In this document: positions 35,588 to 47,890 of the stretch, piece by piece
Layout of the letters: every line of letters starts with the position of its first letter
How positions within the stretch are numbered: the stretch's first letter is position 1
NCBI GenBank assembly: GCA_010093745.1
Contig: MU006000.1
Span: forward strand, 1 to 64,000
Length of the DNA stretch: 64,000 bases
Reading direction: 5' to 3'
From: Piedraia hortae CBS 480.64
Lineage: Eukaryota
The notes under the pieces: model-generated
What the model saw: the letters and a program-made list of their open reading frames with translations, nothing else
Database searches by the model: none
Told to the model about the DNA's origin: nothing
Made by a program: the position numbers and the translations under genes

Positions 35588-35809
35588 CGATTTACTGAAA
35601 GGCAGTGATATCTTTTTAGGGTAGAGCAGTCAAATACCTAAGTAATGAATGAACTCGACTAGTCTCCAGTCGAACAAGAGAATCTCCCCTGGTTCATCTC
35701 ATCGGGATCAACATTAGGGTTACCAGGGCACAGACCCTAATGAGGCCCCGCCGAATGACACGCCGACGGCAGTCAGGAATGCGCAGCGACAACAGAAACA
35801 TGCGCGGCA

Positions 35810-38800
35810 ATGTTCCTCTCTGCCCTCGTTCAAAAGGCCCAGCAGCTCATCGTCGACCCGTCGGGTCTTCCGGCTTTTGGTAGTAACGGTTCCCAGCGCC
35901 CGTCCAAGGCGCAGCTGTTCAGGCACCAGTTCCGGCTCCCAGACTCCCAGAATCCACTGTACGAGATTAGTGCCGAGCTGTCACTGCCCGTCAGTAAGAC
36001 AGGGCGAAAAGGCGGCCAAGATTCGTGGAGTAAAGATGATTGGGCGAGTGATCGAGGCTCGCGTTATGTGGGCCAGCTGCATCTGAGCGAGCAGTTTCTA
36101 TGCTTCAGCACTGTTTCTACCTCGTTCAGCCTCCATGCCAGCTCATCTGCCTCTGCCGCCTTTACAGGAAGGACGCACGGCACGGGGCCGGCCGGCAACG
36201 GCTTCACACTGCCCTTGTGTTCTGTGCGGAGAGTAGAACGGCTGCACTCGCAAAGCTACATGTTTGCTTTGTCTATAACGTCGTGGAATGGCTTTGAATC
36301 TGCTGCTGCTCCGGCGCCAAAACTCACAATTCGGCTCGAGGGCAGCAGGCCGCAATGTGAGCGATTTTGTGACGGACTCAAGAAAGGCCTGCGTCAGGGC
36401 ATCAAGGAGGTTGAGAACCTGCGCTCAGTGGCTCTAGATTGTTACTCGGAGTATTTTCTCAAAGCTGATTTTGAAGAAGCGGTAGATGAAAAGCCGCCAG
36501 ATACAGGCTTGGGTAGCATTTTCAAGTACCCGGGAAACCCACGGAAGCTGAGAGACCGTAGCAAGATGCGGCTGTGGCACGAATATATGAAAGAGAACGG
36601 CAGACACGCTACCCTTGTCAGGCAACCAGACTTTCACCGGTTAATACGCGTGGGACTGCCCAATCTACTCCGAGGGGAGATGTGGGAAATCACGTCCGGT
36701 AGCTTCTATATTCGTCTACAGAAGCCCAAGCTTTACCGTGAAACGCTAGAGTCGCACGAGGGCAAGCAGTCGTTGGCAATCGACGAGATTGAAAAGGACT
36801 TGAACCGGTCCTTGCCCGAATATGCAGGTTTTCAGAGCGAAGAAGGCATTGGCCGGCTGCGGCGGGTGCTGACGGCATACAGTTGGGTCAATCCCGACGT
36901 GGGCTATTGCCAAGCCATGAACATTGTCGTGGCAGCGCTGCTAATGTATGTGATTCCCTTATTCTTTGATCTTGGACTAAGTCTATTAGCTATCTCTCTG
37001 AAAATCAAGCTTTCTATCTTCTTTCTATCTTGTGTGACCGCTTATTGCCTGGGTATTATTCACAGACAATGTACGGCACGTTATTAGACCAACGCGTCTT
37101 TGAGAGCTTGGTCGAGAAGACGATGCCCGTCATTTGGGATCATCTGGTCAAAAACGATGTGCAGTTGTCCGTCGTATCTTTGCCATGGTTTTTGTCCCTC
37201 TATATCAACAGCATGCCGCTCATATTTGCCTTTCGCGTGCTGGATGTGTTCTTCCTCGAAGGTCCAAAGGTGCTCTTCCAGATTGGCTTGGCAATATTGC
37301 GAGTCAATGGCGAAGAGTTGCTGGATGCCACAGACGATGGCACTTTCATAAGCGTGTTGAAAAACTACTTTGCACGACTGGGCGAGTCAGCACATCCAAA
37401 GTCGTCCAACACAAAATTGCGGGCAATCACAAACTTCCAGGCTTTGATGGTCGTGGCCTTCAAGGAGTTTGATGGCATTACGCAACAGTCCATCACCGAG
37501 CAGCGGACAAAACATAAGGCAGCCGTGTTGGACAGCATAGAGTCCTTTGCCAAGCGGACCTCTATCCGCAATCTCGGCCCTGAAAGCAAAAAACTAAGTG
37601 TAAATGACCTTGGTTTCCTGTATGACCGCTTTTATGCCGTGCTTTATGAGCGACGGCAACGGCTGCAGATGATTCAGGCTGAGGAAGAACGAAAGCAGAG
37701 GATTGCAAGAGCTCGGAGATCGGAGCTGATACCGGGCATCCCGCAGAACACGCCTGAACTAGGAAGAGTGGCTCTCGGTCCAGGGAGCTCGTCGGCTATG
37801 GATTACGATGCATTCCGGGAATTTTTGGCAGGTATATCTCGATGGGCAGTCACAGATTCCCCAACTCCAGAGAACGGCCAGCCTACATCCTTTGCCAGCA
37901 GCATGCGGCGTCGACCCAGCACGCTCAGGCCATGGGGCAATGGACCAGAGCCGGCAGATCACGACTTCATGCAACGCTTATTTCATAAGTGGGATCGCAA
38001 CCAAAAGGCAGAGCTTGGCCTGCAGGAAGTCGTTTACGGACTGGCACCGATCAAGGGCGATCGCGACATAATGAGCTCGATTGCCTACTTTTTCGACCTT
38101 TACGACGACGATCATGATGGCAAGGTTGACCGGGAAGGTATGCTAAAGATGTCAGAAGCGTTGCTTTTTCTCAGCAGAAGAGGAGTTCCCAGTGGACCGG
38201 ACAGCGAAGGTAAGGGTGGGGCCAAGGATGACCAGTTCCTGGGCGTTGTCTCGGCCTTTATACGGCGCTGCTTTGAATACGCTGATCCGGGCCAAGCGGG
38301 CAGTGGAGAGCTCCTCCCGAAGTCTCCGGGCAGCGTGCACAGCGAGAAAAATATTGATAAGAATGCTGCACTGGATCCTCAAAGTCCTGTGCACATCACG
38401 CTACCCACTTTCAGAATGTTGGTCCTCGCCGATGAGATTCTGGAATCATTCTTCGATTCTGGCTTTGCAAACTCCTTTCATCTCGCAGATGCGCCTCTAC
38501 CATCATCAACGGTTACATCACCCTCTTCGCTAAGTCGAAGCTCAACCTCTTCCTCCATCCCGGGCATAAGCACGGCCGGTGCAGGCGCAGGTGTTGTCGG
38601 CCCCAGTAAAGGCCTTCGCGGCATGCTCGACAACATAGTAACTGACGGCATGCGCGTTGCAGTCGAGGTAAGACGACGGATGGAAGACGCTCAACACCAA
38701 AATGCGTCAGCAGCAAGAACAACACAAGAGTCCAGCATGGACGACGCCGCTAATGACGACGACGATCAAGATGAGGATGATGTGGATCTTTTAGACGGTG

Positions 38801-38910
38801 CGGATGCGAATGCTAAACCTGAAGTCGAGGTGGAAGCTGTCACTCCTGATGGTGATGTCATTACGGATGAAGGGCAGGTCAGGGAGAACATTGAGCAGGA
38901 TGGGAAGTAG
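35810..38910 (+). CDS. GYP2: Rab GTPase-activating protein, TBC + EF-hand (Gyp2/Mdr1-like; intron 36946-36989)
   Basis: IRVGLPNLLRGEMW, EIEKDLNRSLPEY, GYCQAMN, EF-hand DDDHDGKVDREG; the 44-nt intron joins the two ORFs in frame. Confidence 0.9.
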
Positions 38911-39374
38911 ATTTTTCATTGTAAGCTCACATTTTTGTCCATGTATGATTGTCTTCAGCTGTTGCATTAGGCAGTCGACAACGCATATAAAAGTGGGACA
39001 AACGTCTGATGGTAAAAAGAAGCGTGGGTCTTGTTCAGGCTTGTGCAGGCCATTTGTCCAGTCTGCTTTAAGCGGCACCGTGGCCTACACGAACCATATC
39101 CTTTCAATGACTCGCATTTCCCTCTTCATCTCCCTCGCCCTGCATAACGCATTCAAATTTTCATAGTGACGGCGACTTGTCTGACAGATTGGTCCGACCT
39201 TTCATTTCTCGTTCACGAGGCGACATTGGTAAAAGCAAAAGACTGGCTCCAGGTTTGACGGGCGAAGTGTCTGTTGCACGTGGCCGAGGCAAGGGGTGAA
39301 AGTGGACCCCGGGCTTGGCATAAGTAACTTATGTTCTCTTGCCAGTCTCTTAATATACCTTTCGAAAGAAGGGC

Positions 39375-39727
39375 AGTTAAAGGGGATGGACTGATAGTGT
39401 GAGTACACCGAGACGTAAACATATATATTACGAGGCGGTGGCATAATGTCGATCCTTGCCGGTGCCTCGGCATGTCCATCGTATGATCGACATTTTTGTC
39501 GCTAAAAGATTAGTTGTTTTCTTGTATATAGTTCCGCCCGCCGGCTCGGGCGGGCAGTCGCGTTGTCTTTCTTTCATCGCTGTTTCCTGTCCACACCAGT
39601 GATATATATTAGTTAAAGGGGGGGCGAAACGAGGGGACGTTGTTCATAGTCATCACGTGACACATCATTCAACTAGAGCTGTTGTGCTCGTTTGGTAAAT
39701 CATGATGCGAATGATAAACGCTTAATT
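39375..39727 (-). repeat. Dispersed repeat homologous to 4723-4872, probably LTR-derived
   Basis: Two ~38-bp blocks nearly match 4762-4797 and 4833-4872; shares GAGGGGACGTT with the solo LTR (32474-32484). Confidence 0.65.
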
Positions 39728-40353
39728 GCCAGCTGCTCTCATATGCATAACTCAGGATGATTGTCAGGCTTTGTTCGCGATGTTTCTGCGCGAGCATTAT
39801 CGTCTTGCTTGAAATGAATAAGGCGACAAGTGTGATCCCAGTTAAATGTAGTCAGCACAATGAGACTATGGGTAGGAGGACTCTTGAAGTGGTTTACAGG
39901 CTCAGGTTTGAGCAACACTTTACCATACGTGGCTGGAGTCGTATACCCTAGCGCCGTTGCTGGCAGTCCTTGGATAGTCCAGCACAAGAATACCACCGCG
40001 TACCACTGGTCTCCCCAGACTCAGAATGTTCGAGCAGAATAAGTTGGTCTATCTGTACTGGTTGAAGTCTCTTGTGTTTTCAATGTGTTCATCTTGAAGC
40101 CTTTCGATGCGGAAGATATCTCGAAAATTGATTTTAGACCCAATAAGCTACAAATCTCTTCTGCGTTATCTCAGCGCACAATAACAAAACACGTTAAAGT
40201 AAAATGCGCGGGCTGCGTCCACAAACAACGGCACGCAAGCGCGCTGAAAACCACATAACAAACTCTACCCTCTCTCTCTTACTTCCTTTCCGCAAATACA
40301 TTCCCACCACAAACCTCCTCAACTACAGCAACTAACAGCAACAGCATCCAACC

Positions 40354-41368
40354 ATGTCCATGCCTACAACACCACAGGGCGGCTCGCAAGCCCCCTCGCC
40401 TATGCAGATCGACAGCTCCTCGCCCGAAGACCACGAAGCAACCCCGATGGAAATCTCCCCCAGCGAAGCAACTAATCCATCAATAAACGGGCCCTCCTCA
40501 CCGACAGTATCCCAACTCTCAACCCCTCATCTTGAACCTCGTATCATCCTACCTCGTTCTCTACGTCTCGAACCCCCAGTTCCCTCCTTTCCCACAGACC
40601 CAGAGTGCAACTGTCCAGAGGATTGCACAAGCATCCTCTGCCCAAAGTACATCAAGCAAATCTTCGCCCGCGAAGCATCCCTCCTCAAAGAAGAACAAGA
40701 ACTCTGGCGAAGGGGAGGAATTACACGCAACAGATGTGATGATCCCTCCACTCATCTCTTATCTGAATACATGAAGATGCTCGAAGAAGCGGGTTGTTTT
40801 TATCTGGAGAGACCACGAGCGACCCCTCCCCCAATGAGCGCGAATACGAATGTGAGAATTAGGGTGGAGAATAGTAAGTTTTTGGTCATTTCTTTCCTGG
40901 CAGAGCACCCTTCCTTAACCTGGGCGCTTACTTGCCCGCCCGGCTACCTTAACCCCTTTCCTCCTCTGATCCGCTCCCCCACAAGCCACCCAGTCACCCA
41001 ACCCGCCCGCCCGCTTTACTGACGTTCCAGTGCTACAACAAGTCGTCTTCCTCACCGGCCGCTTATCAATCTCAACAGTAGGCGAGATCAAAGTTGTCCT
41101 CGCGGATGAAGATGCCAGATACCGAGGGTGGGATTTACTCTTGCGACCTCTACTTCGGGGACAGGATATTAGAGTCGTTCCCGCTTGTTACATTACGCTG
41201 ACATGGGGGGATCGGATTTTGAGGGATGATAGAAAATCGTTGTGGGAGTTGGGGCTTAGGGAGACGAGAATTTCGTTGATGGTGAGGTACTCTTCGTTGG
41301 AGGATATAAGACCGTGTGGGAGATGTGAGTGTACCAGGGTGGAGGTGGAGAGGTGGCTTCCTAGGTAG
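40354..41368 (+). CDS. Divergent ubiquitin-like domain protein with Cys-rich N-region and C-terminal CGRCECT (intron 40874-41030)
   Basis: The gtaagt..ctgac..cag intron joins VRIRVEN|MLQQVVF; STVGEIK and LTWGDRILRDD.KSLWELGL resemble Ubl elements. Confidence 0.65.
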
Positions 41369-41974
41369 GGGTTGGGATTAATTGGGTTTTTGATTCGAGG
41401 GTTTTGTTCGGGAAGTTGAGGTTAGGCCATTCGTGTGGACGGGATGGTTAGGTAATCGCACTGGTGTTGATGGCTTGATGACCGGTTATCTCTGATTATT
41501 CGCTAAAAGGGCGAGCTTCAGGGCTTTTCTTTATCTCCGTAACCGTAACGCGATTACTTGCGATGGCTACAATCAAGCGATGCCTGCTGTGAACTTTGTC
41601 AATACACTTCTCAGTGTAGATGCTGTTTTCCATCTCAAAGAGTGTTTTTGTGAATATTTTTAGCTTCTGTCAATATTTCTTGGCGGAATGGAACACGGCC
41701 CGCGCCGGGCCGGTCCGTCAGCCCACTTGAAATTTGATCATTCTGCACGGGTCTTGTCCATCCGACTGCGCTTGGCGAACTGTAATAATTGTTTAACGGT
41801 ATCATATGTCTTTCTTTTTTTCAGTTGTGCTTATAAATTCTTCATCTAGTGCGCTGTTCTCCTGCAGATGAGTTGGCATATCTATGATGAAATATGAACA
41901 CGGAGAGTGGGAACAAGAACAGTATCTGTGATTATGCTCTTGCATTGAGTGATATTGTCTTCTTATTGTATCGA

Positions 41975-42210
41975 GGTATTGAGGAAATGAGGGGTTGAGG
42001 TGAAGTTCCACACTGCCCCACATTCCGGCACGGTCCAGACCGCATTCGCCGTGATCATGTCATGTGACGTGATCACGTCCCAGGGAAACGTCCTTTGTGA
42101 GATAAAAACCCGAGAAGTTTAGCCACACATGCTCACGTGCTCATAGTAACGAGGCTTCACGCCAATAATATGCTCGCTATAATCAGTCCTGGCCTGTGCA
42201 AACGTCTACT
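41975..42210 (-). mobile_element. Diverged LTR-like relic (boundaries tentative)
   Basis: aaatgagggg and cgcattcgccgtgatcatgtcatgtgacgtgatcacgtcccagggaaacgtcctttgtgagataaaaacc parallel 32470-32600 in order and spacing. Confidence 0.5.
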
Positions 42211-43106
42211 GATTAGTCTCCCTCAATGCTATAGCATTATTTGCCAATCTATAGAAAGGCAAACATAAAACCATCAATTTAGCTTTGCCTGGCAACCCAT
42301 TCCAATATGCTGGGCTCAGATTGTTTGCAAAATGTTCTATCTAGAGCTGCAAACCTGTGTCTTGTCCGACCTACTCCGGGAAACCGACCAGTTATCAAAG
42401 ATGAGCATGTCTGCTTCAAGCAAGCTTAGACCACCATTTCTGCCTTAGCTGGCTACCTGTTAGTTGTCTGCAATGCAAGAGACAGGCTTTCGAGTGTCCT
42501 CTCCAACTTGCATAGGTGGGTTTCCTGGCACTAGTCCTTGCTGCAGCATGCATAGATAGTCACTTGAGATCAAGAGGGATCCCTATGCCACCTTAGATCA
42601 GTCTCGTACCCTCAGTGTGGAACTCGTAAACATGTAGCCGCATCTTTGGCTGCGGACAGCATAAGAGTTTCTCCAGGTTTGCAGTAGAATCTCTTCCGCA
42701 GTGTTACTGCAACGACGCGGTCCAAGATATCAGACCCACACATATGAGCATTCTCATGTGCATGCCATGAGTACACTCGTGAGCCCTGTAAACGAGGAGC
42801 ATTGACTCTTGAAGAGCTCGGGTGAAAGCAGAAGACCCCTCAGTAAACGTTCTCATCCATAAAAGGGAATACAAAAATTCTTGGCGTCTCCCACGGTCCG
42901 AGCCTTCTACTTCCCTTCTAGTTAGAGCCCATTATAGCTTGAGCGCGTCACAGGCAGTGTATGTTTTTGTTTTTTTTTTGCGCTCGACACATCAGTTCGG
43001 AGTTTTCTTCCTTTTTTGACACGTCCTCCTCATTACTTCTCCCCAACACCCTTACCTCAACACTCCTTCAACATTCTTCCTTTTACTACTGCCAGCTTCA
43101 ATCATC

Positions 43107-44234
43107 ATGGATCGCAATCTGACGGTCGAGGAAATTCAGGCCATGTCGCCCACTGTGCGCCTCGTTCCTCAGGAAGTGAACATGTCGGTTGCGGCCAACG
43201 GCAACCGACGTGTTATGTATTCTGCTGGCACTATGCCTTCTTCCAAACAACTCAATACCAAAGAGTCGATTATGATCGGCGCTAGTCGTGAAGTGCTCAC
43301 CGCTGCTGCGGAGGGCGATTCTGATTTTGGCAATGAAGACCATGGATGCCATGGAGGCTACTTTGAAACTGCCCACAGCGGCTCAAACGCCGATAAGGGA
43401 AAGGCCAAAGAAACCGTTAAGGCTCAGGGCGGCAATATTGATTCGGCTTCTCCTGCCACCACCGCTGGTCCGCCGAGCGAACTGTATGACTCTTCCAACA
43501 CGGCTGCCGAAGTGGCTGCCCCGGCAGGGTCGGTGCGTTTACCTGTGAGCCCCATTATGTTTTTGCGTGGAGAGAGTATTGCGTCCCGTGTGGATGCCAT
43601 TATGGGTCATCCCGCTCGCATTGCTGACGCTAATGGAACCAAAACATCGTCCTCCAAGGATGCCGCCAACACTGGCAGTGCCCATGCATCCGCGCCATTT
43701 GGAAACGCAACCCCGAGTAATGACTATGGTTCGTCTCGCTCATTACTCGCCACCCATAGTCCCGCGAGCGATGGCCATGAACATCAGGGAGGAGGCAAAC
43801 ACCGCATCTCTAGGATTGCGGGTAAGGTTGTCCGTAAGGTCAAAAGCTTGAACCTTAGAGATACGTTCTTGCCGACGCATAGCGATGTGCGCGCTTCGCC
43901 TGTGCCCACGGCCCGCCCTGTGCGGGCGAGTGCCACTATAGGCGGCACGCCTATGACCGTCAGGATGCCGGTCCGTCATAACGTCGCCACGGAGAACGTG
44001 CAGCCCGGCGGTATCGGAGCGGGCGGTATCCAGTCAGGAGATGTTAAGTCGGGCGGTGGCCCATCCGCAGATGGTTCTCACACCGTCAATGTGCGGTCGG
44101 GCGGTGTTCAGCCGCAACCGGATGTTCAGCAGAAGCTCGTTGGTTCAACCAGCACAAATTCTGGAGCTTCCAGCAGTGATATATTGAAGAGAATCATGAA
44201 AAAAACGAAGGGCGCGTTCTCCAAACGGGATTAG
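43107..44234 (+). CDS. Hypothetical low-complexity (A/S/G-rich) protein
   Basis: Uninterrupted 375-aa ORF preceded by a pyrimidine-rich leader; no recognised domain. Confidence 0.6.
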   Translation: MDRNLTVEEIQAMSPTVRLVPQEVNMSVAANGNRRVMYSAGTMPSSKQLNTKESIMIGASREVLTAAAEGDSDFGNEDHGCHGGYFETAHSGSNADKGKAKETVKAQGGNIDSASPATTAGPPSELYDSSNTAAEVAAPAGSVRLPVSPIMFLRGESIASRVDAIMGHPARIADANGTKTSSSKDAANTGSAHASAPFGNATPSNDYGSSRSLLATHSPASDGHEHQGGGKHRISRIAGKVVRKVKSLNLRDTFLPTHSDVRASPVPTARPVRASATIGGTPMTVRMPVRHNVATENVQPGGIGAGGIQSGDVKSGGGPSADGSHTVNVRSGGVQPQPDVQQKLVGSTSTNSGASSSDILKRIMKKTKGAFSKRD

Positions 44235-44580
44235 ACAGTAGCTGGTAGCTGGTAGATGCTCCTAATGAGTTTAGACCGATGAGGTTACTTTGTGTCTGCT
44301 CTTGTTGTGTACCAATCTCGATGCTCATCTCACAAGATGCACCTCGTAAACTTCAACGTTCACCGTTAGGTAAGTAGTAGCATGACTTGTTCAATTGTGG
44401 GTATCTCTCAGCGTGGAGTTGACATGCATTCCGCCGTGAAAGAAACAGACCTTTTCTCGTCAGCATTACTTAAGAATCAACATGGTTTGGCACCTGTAAC
44501 TTAGCAAACCTTGCGGCACAATACAAACTAACCATTATTTCAGTGCCGCTCGTTGGGTTCGCATGAGACCATTCCACTTG

Positions 44581-46044
44581 TCAGTGCTTTCTACGCTTGT
44601 TAGTTCCTTTTGGCTTGCGAGTGCTCTCGCCCATAGACTCTTCCTCACTACCCTTATGCTTGCGCTTTGATCCGGGAGCCGTGGTGGGAACTTCCGAGTC
44701 ACCGGTGGCTGCCTGCTTGTGCAATTTTTCGGAGTCTGTATGCTTGCGTTTTCTACCTGTTACCGGTTTGGATCCAGTCGCCTTGTCAGGATTGTCGCTC
44801 TCCATTTCGATATCAAAGTCCTTATGCCTTTGCTCTTCTGCTTCCTCTTCCGCCTCTTCCTCGTCCTTATTCTCTTCTCTCTCGACGTCCTCTTCTCTCT
44901 TCTCCTTCTCATTCTCACCCCTGGCTTTGGCAGCGTTGGTGCTCTGGACTTCGTCCTCTTGTGCGGCCGGCTCCAGGTTATTATAGTAGTGCGTCATCCA
45001 GGCCCTGTAGTTCCCATCTTCATCGTTCAACTGCTCATCGATCTGCACATCACCCATGATAAACCATACGGGCGGCATTTGAGGAATCACGCCCTTCTCG
45101 AACAAATTTCGTATCTTTTCGAGAGTATTCATGATAATCTCGTAGTCTACAGGGTCTTCAGTGCAGAACTTCTCTTTAAACTCCTCCATGTAGTTGAGCG
45201 GAAACGCTTCGTCGTTGGTAAGGTTTCGCTTTTGTTTTTTCAAGTTAGTCCGGCGTCTATCGGCATATTTGCTGCCAGGCTTGGAGTAATCGGCAATGGC
45301 TGCTTCGTGATCATTATTGTGCCTGGCCAGACATCTCTGGTATTCCCTATATCGATCATTGATGGATTTGTTCATACGAATTTTAAACTTTGCCTGTGGA
45401 CGCCACGTAGCGTAGCGAAGAAGCTGGCCTTCGATGTAGTACTCAGCAAGCTTGAAAGCCTCCTGCCTCTTGGCTTCCGGCTCCCTTGACTTGACTTTTC
45501 CGGGACGTTCTGCATGCTGGTAACATTTTCGGCAAAAGGTATGTCGCACCTTTCCTGGGACCATGTTTGCCTCGAACCGGCTCCCACCGAAGTATCTGTT
45601 GGCAGGGTTGCGCTGGTACTTTCTATGCGAGTGGTATGTCATGCCCGTACTGCACATTGGATTGCCACAGCGCCATGGCTTGTCAAGGTCGGCATACTGT
45701 GGGGCAATTGAAGAAGTTCCGAAACCGGTCGGGTTGCCTTCACATTTGAGCAGAGCCACGGACCGCAGCTTCTCCTCTTCCTTTTCCTCTGCGGTGCTTA
45801 GTACCCGGGACCGCCTCTTTATAAGTGTATCGACCGATGCGGCAGGGGCAATCTGCGGTGTCTCAGCTTCAGTCTCAGACTTCTCATTGCTTGGACTGGG
45901 CTCCGGAGTGGATGGCCTGACTGCTATAGTCTTTACAGAAGCCTGAGCCGTAGCCTCTGTTTCGACTGCATGCTCAGGCGCAGAGTCCTCTGACATGTAG
46001 GAAGATGGGCTGCTGCTCCCGTTCTCCACAATCCTAACTTTCAT
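44581..46044 (-). CDS. Hypothetical nuclear protein with a Cys/His motif (CGNPMC...YFG...FCRKCYQ), resembling fungal 'ORP1-like' proteins
   Basis: 487-aa ORF with a globular middle, acidic tract and basic NLS-like RKRKH repeats. The family resemblance is from memory only. Confidence 0.65.
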   Translation of the reverse strand: MKVRIVENGSSSPSSYMSEDSAPEHAVETEATAQASVKTIAVRPSTPEPSPSNEKSETEAETPQIAPAASVDTLIKRRSRVLSTAEEKEEEKLRSVALLKCEGNPTGFGTSSIAPQYADLDKPWRCGNPMCSTGMTYHSHRKYQRNPANRYFGGSRFEANMVPGKVRHTFCRKCYQHAERPGKVKSREPEAKRQEAFKLAEYYIEGQLLRYATWRPQAKFKIRMNKSINDRYREYQRCLARHNNDHEAAIADYSKPGSKYADRRRTNLKKQKRNLTNDEAFPLNYMEEFKEKFCTEDPVDYEIIMNTLEKIRNLFEKGVIPQMPPVWFIMGDVQIDEQLNDEDGNYRAWMTHYYNNLEPAAQEDEVQSTNAAKARGENEKEKREEDVEREENKDEEEAEEEAEEQRHKDFDIEMESDNPDKATGSKPVTGRKRKHTDSEKLHKQAATGDSEVPTTAPGSKRKHKGSEEESMGESTRKPKGTNKRRKH

Positions 46045-46831
46045 ATCTGTGTGTGATGGATGTTCTGCTCATGTAATGATACTTGAATGGTGAGTCTAAG
46101 AGTGGCAGAGGGCAAAGGATTAATATCGAATATGTCGTGTCCGTGGATCGGTGTCACTGCAGAGGTGGGCCCACGTGAGGACTCGATAAGTATTAGCGTG
46201 GTAGAAACATAGCATTACATGAGAGCAAATGACATCACATGATCAATGTGCGGTGTGTGATCGACCGAGCACTCAAAAGTTCGCTGGTGTCTATCTGCAA
46301 TATACCGAGGGCTCGGCTGGTCAGAGTTCTCTGAGAAGGATATCATTTAAACAGCAAGTCTTTGATGATGGCTTGGCTTCCAGTTGGAAACGTACTGGTA
46401 TCGTTCTCGGTGGCTTTATATTCCTATATAAATCTTCCTCAAGCTGCACGTAATACAGTCAACTCGACGGGATTGACTCTTCGTCCAGGCCTCATGCTCA
46501 TTGTCAGCCTCTACTGAACGGCAGTGTATGCATATGCGCTCAATCATTGGGGAGCGCCGGAAACACTTGCTGCGGGGGCAACACGAGCAAAGTGTCAAGC
46601 GGTAACACCGCAGCCAGAGCCAGGTAAGCGTGGCAGACTCGTACTTCGACAGTGAGCGCTACGGGCATGTGGTGGGCGTGCGTCCAGGTGTGGCACATCA
46701 GATAAGGCATCACGTGCTGGAATTTTTTTCTGGTGCCAAGCAAACATTGCAAGAAACAACGCCTCTAAGATCCAGTGGAATCTTGGGTGGAAGCACGACT
46801 ACAGCACACTTAAAAAAACAATTAAGCGGCC

Positions 46832-47443
46832 ATGTTTAGCTCCAAAAAGAAGAAACAGTCAGTGGTGAGCGAAAGCGGGCACCGCAGCCCCATTCAGCAC
46901 CATGACGATAGCGAAGGTCTCCTTGCTGCTGAACCTGAGCGTCTTGAAACACCAACTAACTGGTTCAAACCACGCCGTACCTTGAGCACTCTCCGCAGCC
47001 AATCGGCCCAAGGCCAGGCTGCATCAAGCCATAATCCGAACTTTGTGAAAAGTGTTACTGCTCATACCAAGCAGCTGACCCGAAGGCTATCAAAGGCCGT
47101 GCTTCCCAAGAAGGAGCCTTTCTCTGCAGAAATAATCCCTGGTTCACTGGTCAGTCACTCAGGAAGCATGCGTGTGGATCTGATTTCCCTCGATGAAGCG
47201 CAGCGGCGGGCTGCGGAGGGCGAAACACCTTTAAGCATCGGCCACCCTCGCCCTCTCGACACCATTACCGAGGACTGTGCCCACAATGTTCCGAGTCACC
47301 GCTATTCTTCTTACGACTACAGCTCATTTTCAGGTAACCCCTACTACAGTTCAGTTTATGGGAACCTGTATGACTCTGACTCGATGTCTGATCAGCAATC
47401 TACAAAGGAAGGACGAGTGTCGGGAGGAATTCCTAAACCGTGA
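46832..47443 (+). CDS. Hypothetical protein
   Basis: 203-aa ORF with ATG in good context (gccATGttt); no recognised domain. Confidence 0.45.
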   Translation: MFSSKKKKQSVVSESGHRSPIQHHDDSEGLLAAEPERLETPTNWFKPRRTLSTLRSQSAQGQAASSHNPNFVKSVTAHTKQLTRRLSKAVLPKKEPFSAEIIPGSLVSHSGSMRVDLISLDEAQRRAAEGETPLSIGHPRPLDTITEDCAHNVPSHRYSSYDYSSFSGNPYYSSVYGNLYDSDSMSDQQSTKEGRVSGGIPKP

Positions 47444-47890
47444 TGGCGCCTATGGCGAGGACATAGCTGTGTTTTCTCTTCAGTAAAGTGAGTAGCCATC
47501 TACAAAGGACAGCTCTAGTTGTCCACAACGCTTTGACACATGTAGTATCCTGGCTCTACCATTGGAATTAGCATCACCTGTAAATTCTCTATTCCATTCC
47601 CTCGACTACCTTGATAAGCGAAAGTATGTTACAGCAGAAGCGCTAGATGTTCCGGTTGACCAAAAGATTACCCAAAGACCCAGCTGCCATTCATAGGCCA
47701 TGACGTATGAATCAGGAAATTTCCTTACGGCTACGAGGCCGTCTATTGACGAGACACTTACGTAAATGGGGTTTAAGGCTCGGCTAACACCCGCTAAATT
47801 GCCTGATTTGGAACAGTGAAATTTGTTTACGCACCATTCTCTCCACCCTTCAAAATTCAGTGAAACCCTCTTTTACAGTGATCACCCAAA

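Noticed and set aside
39298..39314. RNase MRP CR-I-like GAAAGT..CCCC
   Set aside because: Imperfect motif and no complementary CR-V segment downstream.
39385..39420. Hammerhead ribozyme (CTGATAG-stem-CGAGAC)
   Set aside because: The core deviates from CUGANGA/GAAA and stems I and III could not be closed.
42400..42720. Possible second copia RNase H fragment (ISALAGYLLVVCNARD)
   Set aside because: Only one weak motif; the other expected motifs were not found in order.
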